Assembly (NCBI GenBank): GCA_047285535.1
Contig: JBJBDC010000001.1
Location: forward strand, 2,048,136-2,112,135
Length of the DNA stretch: 64,000 nt
Direction of reading: 5' to 3'
Origin: Synechococcus sp.
Lineage (GTDB): Bacteria; Cyanobacteriota; Cyanobacteriia; PCC-6307; Cyanobiaceae
Numbering within the stretch: the stretch's first letter is position 1; each line of letters starts with the position of its first letter. The translations under genes and the position numbers were made by a program. The notes under the pieces are model-generated. The model had not been told where the DNA came from and searched no databases. It worked only from the letters and a program-made list of their open reading frames with translations. Positions 18,921 to 30,418 of this stretch are shown here, in pieces.

Positions 18921-20696
18921 ATGGCCACCTCCAGCTTGAAGCCATCAGTGACTGCGGCAAGCACCAGTCCAAGGCTGTCGCTTCAATCAGAAGTGATTGC
19001 TGCAGACAGCAGCACAATCCGCTCCCTCGACTGGGAGCGAAGCCGTTTTGATATCGAATTCGGACTGCGCAACGGCACCACCTACAACGCGTTTCTGGTG
19101 CACGGTCAACGTACCGCCCTAATTGACAGCAGTCATGCAAAATTCCGCGACACCTGGCTGCCGCTCTTGCAGGAGCAAATCGATCCCAAACAGATCGATC
19201 ACCTCATCGTGAGTCACACCGAACCAGACCACTCAGGTCTGATTGGAGACCTGATTGATCTCAACCCTGAAATCGAGATCATCGGCTCCAAGGTGGCGAT
19301 TCAATTCCTGACAGACCAGGTGCACAGACCCTTCCGCTCCAGAGCCGTCAAAACAGGGGAAATTCTCGATCTTGGGATGAATCCCGAGAGCGGAGTGGAG
19401 CATCGCATTGAATTTTTAAGTGCACCGAATCTGCACTGGCCAGACACCATCTTCTCTTATGACCATGGCACCGGAATTCTGTACACCTGCGATGCCTTTG
19501 GGCTGCACTATTGCTCTGAGGAGTTATTCGATAGCGATCCCGGCGCGATCGCTCCGGATTTCCGTTTTTATTACGACTGCTTGATGGGGCCCAATGCCCG
19601 TAGCGTGATTCAGGCGCTCAAGCGTATGGATGGTCTGCCAGAGATCACCACCATCGCAGTAGGCCACGGCCCTTTGCTGCGTCATCACCTCAGCCATTGG
19701 ATCAGCGATTACCGCGAGTGGAGCGGACAACGCAATAAAGGGGAAAGTTATGCAGCCGTTTGCTATCTGAGCCAATACGGGTTCTGCGATCGCCTGAGCC
19801 AGGCCATCGCCCATGGCATCGGCAAAACTGAAGCGCAGGTGCAGCTCGTGGACCTAAGGGCCACCGATGCCCAAGAGCTCACGGCTCTGATTAGCGAAGC
19901 GAAAGCCGTTGTCGTTCCCACCTGGCCTACAGAAGCGGATGCGGAACTGCAAAGCAGCATTGGAACGCTACTTGCCGCTTTGAATAGCAAGCAGCTGGTA
20001 GGTGTTTACGACGCATTCGGCGGCAATGATGAGCCGATTGATTCCGTTGCCGGACAGCTGCGCAGCCAAGGCCAAAAGGAAGCCTTCCCACCTCTTCGCA
20101 TTCGCCAACTTCCGCAAGGTAGCGACTACCAGCGATGCGAAGAATCAGGCACCGACCTTGGCCAACTCCTAACGCGCGACAAAACGATCGCTGCCATGAA
20201 AAGCCTTGACGGCGATCTCGACAAAGCCCTGGGCCGTCTGAGTGGTGGGCTCTACGTCGTCACCGCCAGCCAAGGAGAAGGAGAAAGTTTGCGCCGTAGT
20301 GCCATGGTGGCGAGTTGGGTCAGCCAAGCCAGCTTCACCCCACCAGGCATCTCGGTTGCAGTCGCTAAAGACCGAGCGATCGAAGCCCTGATGCAAGTGG
20401 GAGATCGCTTTGTCTTGAACATCCTCCGAGCCGACAACCATCAACAATTACTCCGCCATTTCCTCAAACGGTTCCCACCCGGCGCAGATCGTTTCGCTGG
20501 AGTACACGTTCTGGAAGAGGAAGCTGAAGGCGGTCCCGTTCTGGGTGATGCCCTGGCGTACCTTGGTTGTCGGGTAGATCAACGCCTTGAGGGCCCCGAT
20601 CACTGGATCATCTATGCCGTGGTGGAGCAAGGGAATGTGGCTGATGCCAGCGCCATGACTGCCGTCCATCACCGGAAAGTTGGGAATCACTACTAA
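18921..20696 (+). CDS. flv3: Class C flavodiiron protein Flv3
   Basis: RSLDWERSRFDIEFGLRNGTTYN, canonical di-iron ligands HTEPDH, HWPD, DAFG. Flavodoxin and flavin-reductase domains; ends HHRKVGNHY. Confidence 0.9.
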   Translation: MATSSLKPSVTAASTSPRLSLQSEVIAADSSTIRSLDWERSRFDIEFGLRNGTTYNAFLVHGQRTALIDSSHAKFRDTWLPLLQEQIDPKQIDHLIVSHTEPDHSGLIGDLIDLNPEIEIIGSKVAIQFLTDQVHRPFRSRAVKTGEILDLGMNPESGVEHRIEFLSAPNLHWPDTIFSYDHGTGILYTCDAFGLHYCSEELFDSDPGAIAPDFRFYYDCLMGPNARSVIQALKRMDGLPEITTIAVGHGPLLRHHLSHWISDYREWSGQRNKGESYAAVCYLSQYGFCDRLSQAIAHGIGKTEAQVQLVDLRATDAQELTALISEAKAVVVPTWPTEADAELQSSIGTLLAALNSKQLVGVYDAFGGNDEPIDSVAGQLRSQGQKEAFPPLRIRQLPQGSDYQRCEESGTDLGQLLTRDKTIAAMKSLDGDLDKALGRLSGGLYVVTASQGEGESLRRSAMVASWVSQASFTPPGISVAVAKDRAIEALMQVGDRFVLNILRADNHQQLLRHFLKRFPPGADRFAGVHVLEEEAEGGPVLGDALAYLGCRVDQRLEGPDHWIIYAVVEQGNVADASAMTAVHHRKVGNHY

Positions 20697-22525
20697 TGGC
20701 AACATCCAATCAGACGTCGCCGGCGGCAATGACTCGCCAAGTGATCACTCTGCCCATTGATGACGGACTCACCTGCCTGAGGGGGCTGAGTCCTCAACGC
20801 CTGCGCTTCGAGCTGGAATACGCCCTTGAGCGAGGTAGTACCGCCAACAGTTTCCTGTTTGATGCCGGCGTTGATGGCGAAGGGCAACAACAGAGTGCCT
20901 TGCTTGTCCATCCCCCTGGGAAGGCGTATGACACGGCCTTTATCCCAGCTCTTTCCGCCCTGCTTCCTGACACCACTCATGCGCTACGAGTTGTTGTTGG
21001 CCACGTGAATCCCAACCGGGTAGCGCTGCTCCGCGAGCTTGCCAACCTTTATTCCGAGCTTGAATTGATTGCCTCGAATCCTGGCGCCAGGCTCCTAAAA
21101 GAACTCTGGACACAACGCAAGCCAACTGCCTCAGGGCAAGAAAGCGAACAGCCGCCGATTCCAGATCTGCCATCAATCCAGGTGATGCGCCATGGCCAAA
21201 CGTTGCCCCTCAGCCATGGGCACCGGCTTCAGCTTGTTCCCGCTCCCACACCCCGCTGGCCAGGTGGCCTGCTGGCCTTTGAAGAAACGCTTGGGTTGCT
21301 GATGAGCGGCAAACTCTTTTCAGCGCATATCTGCACCGATGACTGGGCAGAATCGGGTCGCAGTGCCACGGAAGAGGAAAGGCGCCATTTTTACGACTGC
21401 CTGATGGCACCCATGGCTAGCCAGGTGGATGCTCTTGTAGAGCGCTTAGAAGACCTGGACATCAGCACGGTGGCACCTGGCCACGGCCCTGCCATCGACA
21501 CCAGCTGGCGCAGTCTGTTTAATGACTACCGCCGCTGGGGGGAAAGCCAACAGCAAGCCAGCTTGTCCGTTGCACTGCTCTTCGCTAGTGCCTACGGCAA
21601 TACAGCCGCGATTGCTGATGCCTTAGCCCAGGGCGTCAGCCGTACAGGGGTGCGGATCACGAGCCTGAATTGTGAATTCACTCCTCCCGATGAACTGATC
21701 CACACGATCAAAGCGGCCGATGGCGTCTTGATCGGCTCACCCACTCTTGGCGGCCATGCACCCACCCCAATCGTTTCCGCCTTAGGAACCCTTCTTGCAG
21801 AAGGAGATCGCAGCAAACCCGTAGGCGTATTTGGCAGCTTTGGCTGGAGCGGTGAAGCCATCGATCTGCTGGAAAACAAGTTGCGCGATGGAGGATTTCG
21901 CTTCGCTTTTGAACCAATCCGGGTGAAGTTCAGCCCTGACGCAACCATGATTCGCACCCTGGAAGAAACGGGCACCCATTTCGGCCGCGAATTGCTTAAG
22001 GATCAACAAAAACAACAACGGCGCAGTGGCGGCGGTCTCAGTGAAAGTCGGAGTGATCCGGCCGTTTTGGCCCTCGGCCGAGTGGTGGGTTCTCTCTGTG
22101 TACTGACGGCGCGAAAAGGAGATCTCAGTGGTGCCATGATCGCGAGCTGGGTGACTCAAGCCAGTTTCACTCCTCCTGGTTTCACGGTGGCTGTCGCCAA
22201 AGATCGAGCTGTTGAAGCGTTAATGCATATCGGTGATCGCTTTGCTTTAAACGTCCTGGCCGAGGGCCGTAAAAGTGGACCGATGAAGCAATTCCTACAA
22301 CCATTTGAACCTGGAGCCGATCGCTTCGCGGGGCTCGAAATCAATGAAAGCCCCGGGGAACAGCCATTGCTACCCGATGCTTTGGCCTGGATGGAAGCAA
22401 CGGTGAAGCAAAGAATGGAATGCGGAGATCACTGGTTGATTTATGCCGAAGCCATCCATGGAGGCGTGCTCGATTCTGATGGTGAAACAGCAGTGCATCA
22501 GCGCCGCAGTGGTGCTAATTACTAG
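20696..22525 (+). CDS. flv1: Class C flavodiiron protein Flv1
   Basis: RLRFELEYALERGSTAN, non-canonical metal site HVNPNR, SAYGNT flavodoxin loop. TAATG coupling to flv3. Confidence 0.9.
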   Translation: MATSNQTSPAAMTRQVITLPIDDGLTCLRGLSPQRLRFELEYALERGSTANSFLFDAGVDGEGQQQSALLVHPPGKAYDTAFIPALSALLPDTTHALRVVVGHVNPNRVALLRELANLYSELELIASNPGARLLKELWTQRKPTASGQESEQPPIPDLPSIQVMRHGQTLPLSHGHRLQLVPAPTPRWPGGLLAFEETLGLLMSGKLFSAHICTDDWAESGRSATEEERRHFYDCLMAPMASQVDALVERLEDLDISTVAPGHGPAIDTSWRSLFNDYRRWGESQQQASLSVALLFASAYGNTAAIADALAQGVSRTGVRITSLNCEFTPPDELIHTIKAADGVLIGSPTLGGHAPTPIVSALGTLLAEGDRSKPVGVFGSFGWSGEAIDLLENKLRDGGFRFAFEPIRVKFSPDATMIRTLEETGTHFGRELLKDQQKQQRRSGGGLSESRSDPAVLALGRVVGSLCVLTARKGDLSGAMIASWVTQASFTPPGFTVAVAKDRAVEALMHIGDRFALNVLAEGRKSGPMKQFLQPFEPGADRFAGLEINESPGEQPLLPDALAWMEATVKQRMECGDHWLIYAEAIHGGVLDSDGETAVHQRRSGANY

Positions 22526-22614
22526 CGAACGTAGCGATCAAACCCATCGCCTCAAGCACTGACTCATAGCAACTACAAGCCAGCCTTAGTATCAAATGAT
22601 TGATTAATCAACTG

Positions 22615-23328
22615 TTGGATCTCTCCAATCCTTCCACCCTGGCCAACCTTGAAGCTGCCTTTGGCGGCGAAAGCATGGCCAATCGCAAGTACTTGTTCTT
22701 TGCCGATGTAGCCAAAAAACTCGGTCGCACCGATCTCGCCAAACTCTTTCGCGACACCGCCGCCCAAGAAACAGAGCATGCTTTTGCTCACTTCCGCCTG
22801 TTGCATCCAGAGCTCGTGGTCCAGGACCCCAGTGCCCTCAGCGACGACGAAAAAGAGGCCATACTCACCCGCTGCCTTGAGCTGGCCATCGAAGGCGAAA
22901 CTTACGAATACACCACCATGTATCCGGAGTTTGCTGAGCAAGCCCGCAACGATCGCGATCAGGGAGCTGAAGCGGAGTTTGTCGAACAGACCAGCGAATC
23001 CAAGGAACACGCTGAAACCTTTAAAACAGCTGCGAAGAACTTCGGCCTGCTCACTCCCATCGAAGAGCACCATGCCAAATCGTATGGCGTTGCCCTTGAA
23101 GCACTGCAAGGCAAAGGCCAAGCGGGACAGGCCGATGAGCCGGTACCGGGCCAATGGATCTGCAAAGTGTGCTCCATGATTTACGACCCTGCAGAGGGTG
23201 ATCCAGACTCCGGAATTGAGCCCGGCACACCTTTTGAAGCGATTCCAGATGATTGGTCTTGCCCCATTTGCGGTGTTCGCAAAGCCAGCTTCGTGCCCTA
23301 TCGGGAGGCGGAATTGAAGTCCGCCTGA
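22615..23328 (+). CDS. rbr: Rubrerythrin with C-terminal rubredoxin domain
   Basis: [35 protein letters not shown]. Rubredoxin CKVC...WSCPIC. Likely TTG start at 22615. Confidence 0.9.
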   Translation: MDLSNPSTLANLEAAFGGESMANRKYLFFADVAKKLGRTDLAKLFRDTAAQETEHAFAHFRLLHPELVVQDPSALSDDEKEAILTRCLELAIEGETYEYTTMYPEFAEQARNDRDQGAEAEFVEQTSESKEHAETFKTAAKNFGLLTPIEEHHAKSYGVALEALQGKGQAGQADEPVPGQWICKVCSMIYDPAEGDPDSGIEPGTPFEAIPDDWSCPICGVRKASFVPYREAELKSA

Positions 23329-23470
23329 CGCTCGCCCCAGGGGTTCAGATCATCCAAAACTGGCCACAACTCAAGGCCGAAGTCCGTCAAGGCATCGTCC
23401 ACCCGTGGCAGCCAGGCCCTGAATTCGAAGACGTCAGCCAAAATTCAGCGTAAATAGTGGACATTCTGGG

Positions 23471-23995
23471 ATGAATACAGCAAACACGAGCGATGTGCTG
23501 GTGATCACCGCAAGCAACGGCGAAAACCTCAAGCTGGCCCAGCGCTTCGTTGAGACGGCAGAGGTCCTGGGCCAATCAGCCGATCTGCTCGATCTCACGA
23601 CCATCGACCTGCCCTTGTTCACTCCCAGAGCTCAAACGCAAGGAACACCTCAGGCGATTGCCCCACTCGAGACACAACTGATGGCCTTTACCCGCTGGGT
23701 GATCTGCGCTCCGGAATACAACGGCTCGATTCCACCCTGCCTCACGAATGCCATCGCCTGGTTATCGGTGCAGGGGGATGACTTCCGGGCTCTCTTCAAC
23801 GGCCGGCCCATCGCAATCGCCACCTTCTCAGGTGGAGGTGGTATGGAACTCCTGCTGTCATTACGCATCCAGCTCACCCATCTAGGGGCCGAAGTGGTGG
23901 GTCGTCAATTGCTGAGCAATTACGCAAAACCAGCCAAAGACGAGAGCATCCAAGACCTCTTGAAACGTCTGGGACAAAAGCAACCGCTCTCATGA
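23471..23995 (+). CDS. NAD(P)H-dependent FMN reductase
   Basis: APEYNGSIPPCLTNAIAW, SGGGG. Confidence 0.88.
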   Translation: MNTANTSDVLVITASNGENLKLAQRFVETAEVLGQSADLLDLTTIDLPLFTPRAQTQGTPQAIAPLETQLMAFTRWVICAPEYNGSIPPCLTNAIAWLSVQGDDFRALFNGRPIAIATFSGGGGMELLLSLRIQLTHLGAEVVGRQLLSNYAKPAKDESIQDLLKRLGQKQPLS

Positions 23996-24759
23996 CGACA
24001 CCCCTACACCATCAGTCGCTGGTGTTCCGACCCTCCAAAGAACGCTTCCACAGCGTCAATGACTGGCTTGATTCTTGGCACAGCTTTTCATTCGCAGGTC
24101 ATCACCATCCCGAGTGGATGGGATTCGGGCCTCTGCGCGTCATCAATGACGACACGATTGCGGCAGGTCGAGGATTTGGGATGCATTCCCATCGCGACAT
24201 GGAGATCATCACGGTGATGATCGAGGGAGAACTCCAACACCAGGATTCGGCCGGAAACAACCGCGTCATCCAGGCTGGAGATGTGCAACGCATGAGCGCC
24301 GGAACTGGAATCATGCACAGTGAAACGAATGAGAGCTCGCAAGCCTGCCGATTGCTCCAGATCTGGATCGACCCCAGCCACCCAGGACTAGAGCCTGCCT
24401 ATGAGCAACGAAGGATTGCCTTAACCGAACAACACTGGATCCCAGTGCTCGATCCAAATGACCGCGCAGCCATGGCGATTGCTCGACCGATTCAGCTCTG
24501 GCGCCTAAGGCTTCCACAAGGCGAAAGCATTCAACTGCCAGACCTCGACTATCCACAGGCCTGGATTCAGATGATCAACGGAAACATCACCCTCACAAAC
24601 GCCACCACATCGTCAAGCTGGGATCTTGACCGAGGCGATGGTGTTGGATTCCATCCCAGACAATCCAAGCGAAGCAAATCCAACCCAATCGCATCGGATG
24701 TCAAAAGCATCTCCAGCCGAAGCGATCAGACCGATTTACTGCTCTTTGCGTTGAGCTAA
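23992..24759 (+). CDS. Pirin-like bicupin (YhhW type)
   Basis: WLDSWHSFSF, FGPLRVINDD, GFGMHSHRDMEI, MSAGTGIMHSE, LQIWI. Confidence 0.92.
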   Translation: MTTPLHHQSLVFRPSKERFHSVNDWLDSWHSFSFAGHHHPEWMGFGPLRVINDDTIAAGRGFGMHSHRDMEIITVMIEGELQHQDSAGNNRVIQAGDVQRMSAGTGIMHSETNESSQACRLLQIWIDPSHPGLEPAYEQRRIALTEQHWIPVLDPNDRAAMAIARPIQLWRLRLPQGESIQLPDLDYPQAWIQMINGNITLTNATTSSSWDLDRGDGVGFHPRQSKRSKSNPIASDVKSISSRSDQTDLLLFALS

Positions 24760-24803
24760 GTAGTGACTGGCATGAATTGGACAGCTAAACAGCAAACTAG
24801 TTT

Positions 24804-24819
24804 TGTATAAAAAGACACA
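24804..24819. promoter_or_regulatory. Candidate NtcA/CRP-family binding site
   Basis: TGT-ATAAAAAGAC-ACA (TGT-N10-ACA; one mismatch to GTA-N8-TAC) in an AT-rich intergenic region. Confidence 0.35.
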
Positions 24820-24990
24820 GAAACTCAGCTGGTTTTAATCATGGTCACAGGAAATAGCCGAGCCAAACAGTTGAAAAAGTTGAAATACTAACAATCAAAA
24901 GAATAAATCTAAAGAAAATAAATAACTCACGCCAGCATGATCGTTTTCGGTCTGAACTAGTCCCGTATCGCCCCGCTGACCCCCATCACC

Positions 24991-25206
24991 ATGGGATTTC
25001 TTGGCAAACCACAATTCGCAGTTCGTTACCGCGGATTCATTCTTTTGCAACAACCGAATGAAAGTTGGCTTGTGCGACCCGAACGGAGCCCCATGCAACT
25101 TCTTCCTTTTAGAACAGACATCTGCTCGATAGAAGATGTGAAAATCTTGGTGGACCTAAAACTAAAAAGCAATCAATCCAATCCCTCTCTGAAATCGGCT
25201 GCCTAA
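24991..25206 (+). CDS. Small hypothetical protein
   Basis: 71-aa ORF filling the intergenic gap; globular-looking sequence (YRGFILLQQPNESWLVRPE). Confidence 0.6.
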   Translation: MGFLGKPQFAVRYRGFILLQQPNESWLVRPERSPMQLLPFRTDICSIEDVKILVDLKLKSNQSNPSLKSAA

Positions 25207-25215
25207 GAAGGTTGA

Positions 25216-25488
25216 TCAGGCAGCTTGAGGAGGAGGCGTAGGGGACCCTTGTGGCTGCAATGGCAACACCAATGTTGCCCAACGCTCTGGCCGCTGGGGC
25301 CGCTCTCTACGGGCATGCCTTACTCCAAAGGGAACTCGCACAACATTGGTGCCTTCAATAGAGAGAGTGTGCCCTCGACCCAACGCGGCCTGCAGGCATT
25401 CAGGAATCTCAGGCAACTGAAGCGAATCGGCTTTAGCAGCGAGCGACGAGGTGCCTTGACCGTAGTTGGTTGAAATGTTGCTGCTCAT
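25216..25488 (-). CDS. Small hypothetical protein
   Basis: ATG at 25488 with GGAGG RBS just upstream; lies downstream of gcvP on the same strand. Confidence 0.65.
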   Translation of the reverse strand: MSSNISTNYGQGTSSLAAKADSLQLPEIPECLQAALGRGHTLSIEGTNVVRVPFGVRHARRERPQRPERWATLVLPLQPQGSPTPPPQAA

Positions 25489-25583
25489 GTTGCCTCCAAA
25501 AGACGGAGCAATTGCCGAACAGTGTGCAAACATGTCAGCAAGCGTGTGTGAAATCGAAACTTTTTTTTCCGATTTCAGTGAAT

Positions 25584-28520
25584 TTACCGCATTAATTCAG
25601 GTTCGGCCATCTCTTCAACGCTCGGACAGGTACAAACCAAATTTCGGTCCCCAAATGCATTGTCAATGCGAGCCACTGAGGGCCAAAACTTGTTTTGGCG
25701 CTGATCGGACAGTGGGAATGCTGCCTGCTGCCGGCTATAGGGACGATCCCAACTCTCAGCTGTCACTGCGGCGAGTGTGTGCGGTGCTCGGCGCAAAGGG
25801 TTGTTCTCCCGATCACTGGAGCCGTTTTCGATTGCAGCCGCTTCGGCGCGAATCGCGATCATCGCATCACAGAAACGATCAAGTTCCTCCAAGCTCTCAC
25901 TTTCGGTGGGTTCCACCATCACCGTGCCAGCAACTGGCCAACTCACAGTGGGCGCATGAAAACCAAAGTCCATCAAGCGCTTCGCCAGATCATCCACTTC
26001 CAATCCGGCCGTTCGCTTGAGGCCACGCAGATCAAGGATGCATTCATGGGCGACCAGACCACTCTCTCCACGAAAAAGCACCGGATAGTGCGCATCCAAG
26101 CGACTCGCCAGGTAATTCGCAGACAGCAGGGAAACTGCAGTGGCCTGACGCAGACCAAACGGCCCCATCAAACGCAAATACATCCAGCTGATTGGCAAGA
26201 TGCCTGCACTACCCCAAGGAGCCGCAGACACCGCATGAATCGCCTGCTCTCCACCACAAGCCATCAAGGGATGGCCTGGCAAGAAAGGCAGAAGATGAGA
26301 AGCAACCCCGATCGGACCCACTCCGGGTCCACCGCCCCCATGAGGAATGCAAAAGGTCTTGTGCAAATTGAGGTGACAGACATCAGCGCCATAGGCACCT
26401 GGTCGGCATAGCCCGACCTGCGCATTCAAATTGGCGCCGTCGAGATAAACCTGGCCCCCGTGCTCATGCACAAGCGCACAGATCTCACGGATGCAAGGTT
26501 CGAACACCCCGTGAGTTGAGGGGTAGGTGACCATCAACGCCGCTAAGGATGCGTTGTACTGCTCCGCCTTGGAACGCAAATCGCCCACATCCACATTGCC
26601 TTCGTCGTCACAGGCCACCGGCACCACACGCATACCTGCCATGACTGCGCTGGCTGGATTGGTGCCATGTGCACTTGTGGGGATGAGGCAAACATCACGA
26701 TTGCCCTCACCGCGGGAACAATGCCACGCACGAATCACGAGCAGCCCTGCGTATTCACCTTGAGATCCAGCATTGGGCTGCAAAGACACGCCAGCAAAAC
26801 CAGTCAAAGCAGCAAGCCTGGTTGCTAGGTCCTGAACCATCCGCTGAGAACCCTGCTGCTGCTCAAGGGGAGCAAAGGGATGCATCGCCGCAAACTCGCG
26901 CCAGCTCACAGGAACAAGTTCAGCAGCAGCATTGAGCTTCATCGTGCAGCTGCCCAGCGGAATCATGCCGTGCACCAAGGAAAGGTCCTTGTTCACCAAT
27001 CGCTGGATGTAGCGCATCAGCTCCGTTTCACTGCGATAGCGGTGAAACACGGACTGCTGGAGCCAGGGGGTTTGGCGGCAAGGAACGCCGTTCAGAGACC
27101 CATCTGAGCTCAGCTCGCCTAAATCGTCTGGAACAGCAGCCCCGATCGCTTGAGCCAAGACCGACAGAAGTCGGGTGATCTCCTCGGAATCCGAGTGTTC
27201 ATCAAGACTGATCCCAAATCCCTGAGACGACTCCACTGTTGCCCCATCAGGAAGCACGCGCAAATTGAAGCCTTCTAGCGCCGCGAGGCGATGGACCTCC
27301 GGTGCCATCGATCCATACACATCAAAACTGTCAAACCGAGGGGTCGGCTCAACGGCGTAGCCCAACTGACGCATAGCCCGTTCGAGCTTGAGGCGAAGAC
27401 CCACGAGTTTGTGGGCCATCTTCTCCAAACCCTCAGGACCATGGTGAATGGCATAAAACGAGGCCATCACCGCAAGCAGCACTTGAGCCGTACAGATATT
27501 GCTGGTGGCTTTGTCGCGTCGGATGTGCTGCTCGCGGGTCTGCAACGCCAACCGAAACGCTGGCTGGCCATCAGCATCGCGAGACTGACCCACGATCCGA
27601 CCAGGCACTTGGCGGCGGAATGCATCGCGGGTCGCAAAAAAAGCGGCATGGGGCCCTCCTCCACCCATCGGCACGCCAAAGCGCTGTGTGCTGCCCACAG
27701 CAATATCGGCACCAAGCTCCCCAACAGGAGCCAGCAACACCTGGGCGAGAGGATCCACCGCTACGGTCACAAGAGCTCCACTGTCATGAGCAGCAGCGAT
27801 GCAGGCAGATGGATCCCAAAGCCGTCCGCAACGACCTGGCAATTGGAGCAGAACACCAAAGACATCGTCACCCCAGCGGAAGACATCAGGCTCCTCAACT
27901 TCAAGTTCAACGCCGATTGGCTCCGCCCTGGTTTGCAGCACAGCCAGGGTCTGAGGCAACACGGCCGCATCCACCAGAAAGCGCTTTGCCTGCGGCCTCC
28001 GACTGACCGCCAAGCTCAGGCCCATCGCTTCAGCCGCTGCGGTGCCCTCATCCAAAAGGGATGCATTGGCGATCGGCAAACCGGTGAGCTCACTAATCAG
28101 GGTCTGAAAATTGAATAGGGCTTCCAGGCGCCCCTGAGCAATCTCCGCTTGATAAGGGGTATAGGCCGTATACCACGAGGGATTTTCCAGCACCTGACGC
28201 TGAATCACTGCTGGCGTCAACGTGTCGTAATAGCCAAGGCCAATGAGTGACCGTTTGACCTCATTGGCCTCTGCAATACCACGCAATTCAGCGAGGGCAC
28301 TGGCCTCGGTACAACCACGGGGCAGGTCCTCTACAGGCGGCAGCTGATCAAAAATATTCGCCGGAACAACGGACCGCAGAAAAGCATCCATATCAGTGAA
28401 GCCCAAAGCATCAAGCATTCGTTGCTGTGCCTGATCTCCAGGACCGATATGCCGACTGATGAATGGGGACAGTGGCTCCGCCAACGACGCAGCAGAGACA
28501 CACTGTTCAAGCAAGGTCAA
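25584..28520 (-). CDS. gcvP: Glycine dehydrogenase (glycine cleavage P protein)
   Basis: [40 protein letters not shown] lysine in HLNLHKTF. Confidence 0.98.
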   Translation of the reverse strand: MTLLEQCVSAASLAEPLSPFISRHIGPGDQAQQRMLDALGFTDMDAFLRSVVPANIFDQLPPVEDLPRGCTEASALAELRGIAEANEVKRSLIGLGYYDTLTPAVIQRQVLENPSWYTAYTPYQAEIAQGRLEALFNFQTLISELTGLPIANASLLDEGTAAAEAMGLSLAVSRRPQAKRFLVDAAVLPQTLAVLQTRAEPIGVELEVEEPDVFRWGDDVFGVLLQLPGRCGRLWDPSACIAAAHDSGALVTVAVDPLAQVLLAPVGELGADIAVGSTQRFGVPMGGGGPHAAFFATRDAFRRQVPGRIVGQSRDADGQPAFRLALQTREQHIRRDKATSNICTAQVLLAVMASFYAIHHGPEGLEKMAHKLVGLRLKLERAMRQLGYAVEPTPRFDSFDVYGSMAPEVHRLAALEGFNLRVLPDGATVESSQGFGISLDEHSDSEEITRLLSVLAQAIGAAVPDDLGELSSDGSLNGVPCRQTPWLQQSVFHRYRSETELMRYIQRLVNKDLSLVHGMIPLGSCTMKLNAAAELVPVSWREFAAMHPFAPLEQQQGSQRMVQDLATRLAALTGFAGVSLQPNAGSQGEYAGLLVIRAWHCSRGEGNRDVCLIPTSAHGTNPASAVMAGMRVVPVACDDEGNVDVGDLRSKAEQYNASLAALMVTYPSTHGVFEPCIREICALVHEHGGQVYLDGANLNAQVGLCRPGAYGADVCHLNLHKTFCIPHGGGGPGVGPIGVASHLLPFLPGHPLMACGGEQAIHAVSAAPWGSAGILPISWMYLRLMGPFGLRQATAVSLLSANYLASRLDAHYPVLFRGESGLVAHECILDLRGLKRTAGLEVDDLAKRLMDFGFHAPTVSWPVAGTVMVEPTESESLEELDRFCDAMIAIRAEAAAIENGSSDRENNPLRRAPHTLAAVTAESWDRPYSRQQAAFPLSDQRQNKFWPSVARIDNAFGDRNLVCTCPSVEEMAEPELMR

Positions 28521-28587
28521 AGAGCCGGTTGCGGTGACGGTGACTGTAAGGAAGTCTCCGTTGCAGTGACGACCTTGAACTCTCCGA

Positions 28588-28977
28588 TTAAGCGGCTGCC
28601 ACTTTGGCGGAGTAGGTGACGGAATCCATCAACTCATCGATCTGAGCCGGCTCTGCAGGGCGAACGACCAGAAGCCAACCCTCTCCATGAGGATCATTTT
28701 GAAGCTCTTCTGGATTGGCCAGCACGGCCTCATTCCTTTGCAGGACTTCACCCGTGATGGGTGCATACATCTCCTCAACAGCCTTCACCGATTCCACGGT
28801 TCCAAAGCTGTTTCCTCGATTGAGCCCAGAGCCCACCTCAGGCAGATCCACGAACACAATGTCTCCGAGCTGATCCACGGCATAGGCACTGAGGCCAACC
28901 CGCACAATCCCAGTCTCTTGCCGAACATATTCGTGACTGTCGGCGAACCGAAACTGGTCGGGAAAGTCGAAGGCCAT
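28588..28977 (-). CDS. gcvH: Glycine cleavage H protein
   Basis: [11 protein letters not shown], lipoyl-Lys motif VESVKA, DPHGEGW. Confidence 0.97.
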   Translation of the reverse strand: MAFDFPDQFRFADSHEYVRQETGIVRVGLSAYAVDQLGDIVFVDLPEVGSGLNRGNSFGTVESVKAVEEMYAPITGEVLQRNEAVLANPEELQNDPHGEGWLLVVRPAEPAQIDELMDSVTYSAKVAAA

Positions 28978-28994
28978 CGGGCCAGCACATGCGG

Positions 28995-30305
28995 TTAACC
29001 ACCAGTTTGCGCCAGATCAACCCAACCTGCCTTCACCAAAGCGCAGAGAGCTCTGATCAAAGCCAGCTCAACATGGGCGCGGTGGGTGCCTCCTTGGACG
29101 TACAAATTAAACGGTGCTCGCAAGGGAGCATCAGCCGAAAACTCACTGGTGCTGCCATCGATGAAGGTGCCACCTGCCATCACAAGATCACTGGCATAAC
29201 CCGGCATTGAGGCAGGCACGGGATCGAGGTAAGACCCCACCGGCGACGCGCCCTGGAAAGCCCTGCAAATCAATTTCAAGGCTTCTGGGTCTCCAATCTG
29301 AACGGCCTGAATGAGATCACTGCGGAACTCACCGGCTGAAGGCTGCACGGGAAAGCCAAGATCAGCAAACACAGCCGCGACCAAATCAGCGCCAATCAGC
29401 GCCTCTGCAACCATCTGAGGGGCAAGGAACAAGCCCTGCAGCAAGAGACGGTGCAGGTCAAAACCGCTTCCGGCCTCGCTGCCGATTCCTGGAGCCGTGA
29501 GCCTGCAACAAGCTTGTTCCACCAAAGAGGCACGACCTGCCACATAGCCACCAGCGGGAGCAATCGTGCCCCCAAGATTTTTGATTAAGGAACCTGCCAC
29601 CAAATCAGCCCCCACTTCAGGGGGCTCGCGCTCCTCCACTAGCTCTCCATAACAATTGTCAACGAAACACACACATTCAGGCTGGCGGGTATGAATGCGG
29701 TCACAGAGCCGGCCAATCGCGTCAACGGACAACGATGGACGCCAGCTGTAGCCACAGCTGCGCTGAATTAACACCAACCGTTGCGGCGTTTCGAGGGCTT
29801 GATCCAGAGCGGCTTCGTCGACCACACCAGAGGCATGCAGAGGCAGCTCCTCGTAGGCCACCCCAAAGTCGCGCAGAGATCCCTTTCCCGTCCCCCTCAA
29901 GCCAATCACTTCCTCAAGGGTGTCGTAGGGCCGCCCCGTGATCGACAGCATTGTGTCTCCAGGGCGCAGCACACCGAACAAGGCGGCGGCGATCGCATGG
30001 GTACCACTCACAAACTGCAGACGCACGGCCGCGGCTTCAGCACCCAGAACCCTGGCGAACACGCGATCCAGGACCTCTCGCCCCTGATCTCCATGGCCAT
30101 AGCCGCTCACAGATGCGAAATGCTGGGTGCCAACTCGCTCAGCAGCAAAGGCCCCCAACACCTTCTCCAAGCGAACCGACACCGCTGCCGTCCGCTGCTC
30201 TGCCAAGGGTCTCAGCCGCGAGCGCGCCTTGCTAATCCGCGCTCGCGCCCAAACTTCGGCCGCTGCCGCCTGCCTAGGGTCATCCCCAGAATTTGAATCG
30301 ATCAC
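28995..30305 (-). CDS. PLP-dependent methionine gamma-lyase/aluminium-resistance (YnbB-like) family protein
   Basis: GYGHGDQGRE, FVSGTHAI, QRSCGYSWRPS, VDNCYGE, GSLIKNLGG, MAGGTFIDGST. Confidence 0.9.
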   Translation of the reverse strand: MIDSNSGDDPRQAAAAEVWARARISKARSRLRPLAEQRTAAVSVRLEKVLGAFAAERVGTQHFASVSGYGHGDQGREVLDRVFARVLGAEAAAVRLQFVSGTHAIAAALFGVLRPGDTMLSITGRPYDTLEEVIGLRGTGKGSLRDFGVAYEELPLHASGVVDEAALDQALETPQRLVLIQRSCGYSWRPSLSVDAIGRLCDRIHTRQPECVCFVDNCYGELVEEREPPEVGADLVAGSLIKNLGGTIAPAGGYVAGRASLVEQACCRLTAPGIGSEAGSGFDLHRLLLQGLFLAPQMVAEALIGADLVAAVFADLGFPVQPSAGEFRSDLIQAVQIGDPEALKLICRAFQGASPVGSYLDPVPASMPGYASDLVMAGGTFIDGSTSEFSADAPLRAPFNLYVQGGTHRAHVELALIRALCALVKAGWVDLAQTGG

Positions 30306-30418
30306 TCCTGAATTTGCACTTTTCGGACTGGGTTCTTTTACATTCGCATCTTCAGCCGACTAAAAATTCAGCGGTTTCCCACCGTCTGCATCTTTAGATA
30401 CGGCGCAAGGAGTCTGTT

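Noticed and set aside
22573..23154. 193-aa - strand ORF
   Set aside because: Antisense to rubrerythrin.
25695..28118. 238-aa and 275-aa + strand ORFs
   Set aside because: Antisense shadows of gcvP.
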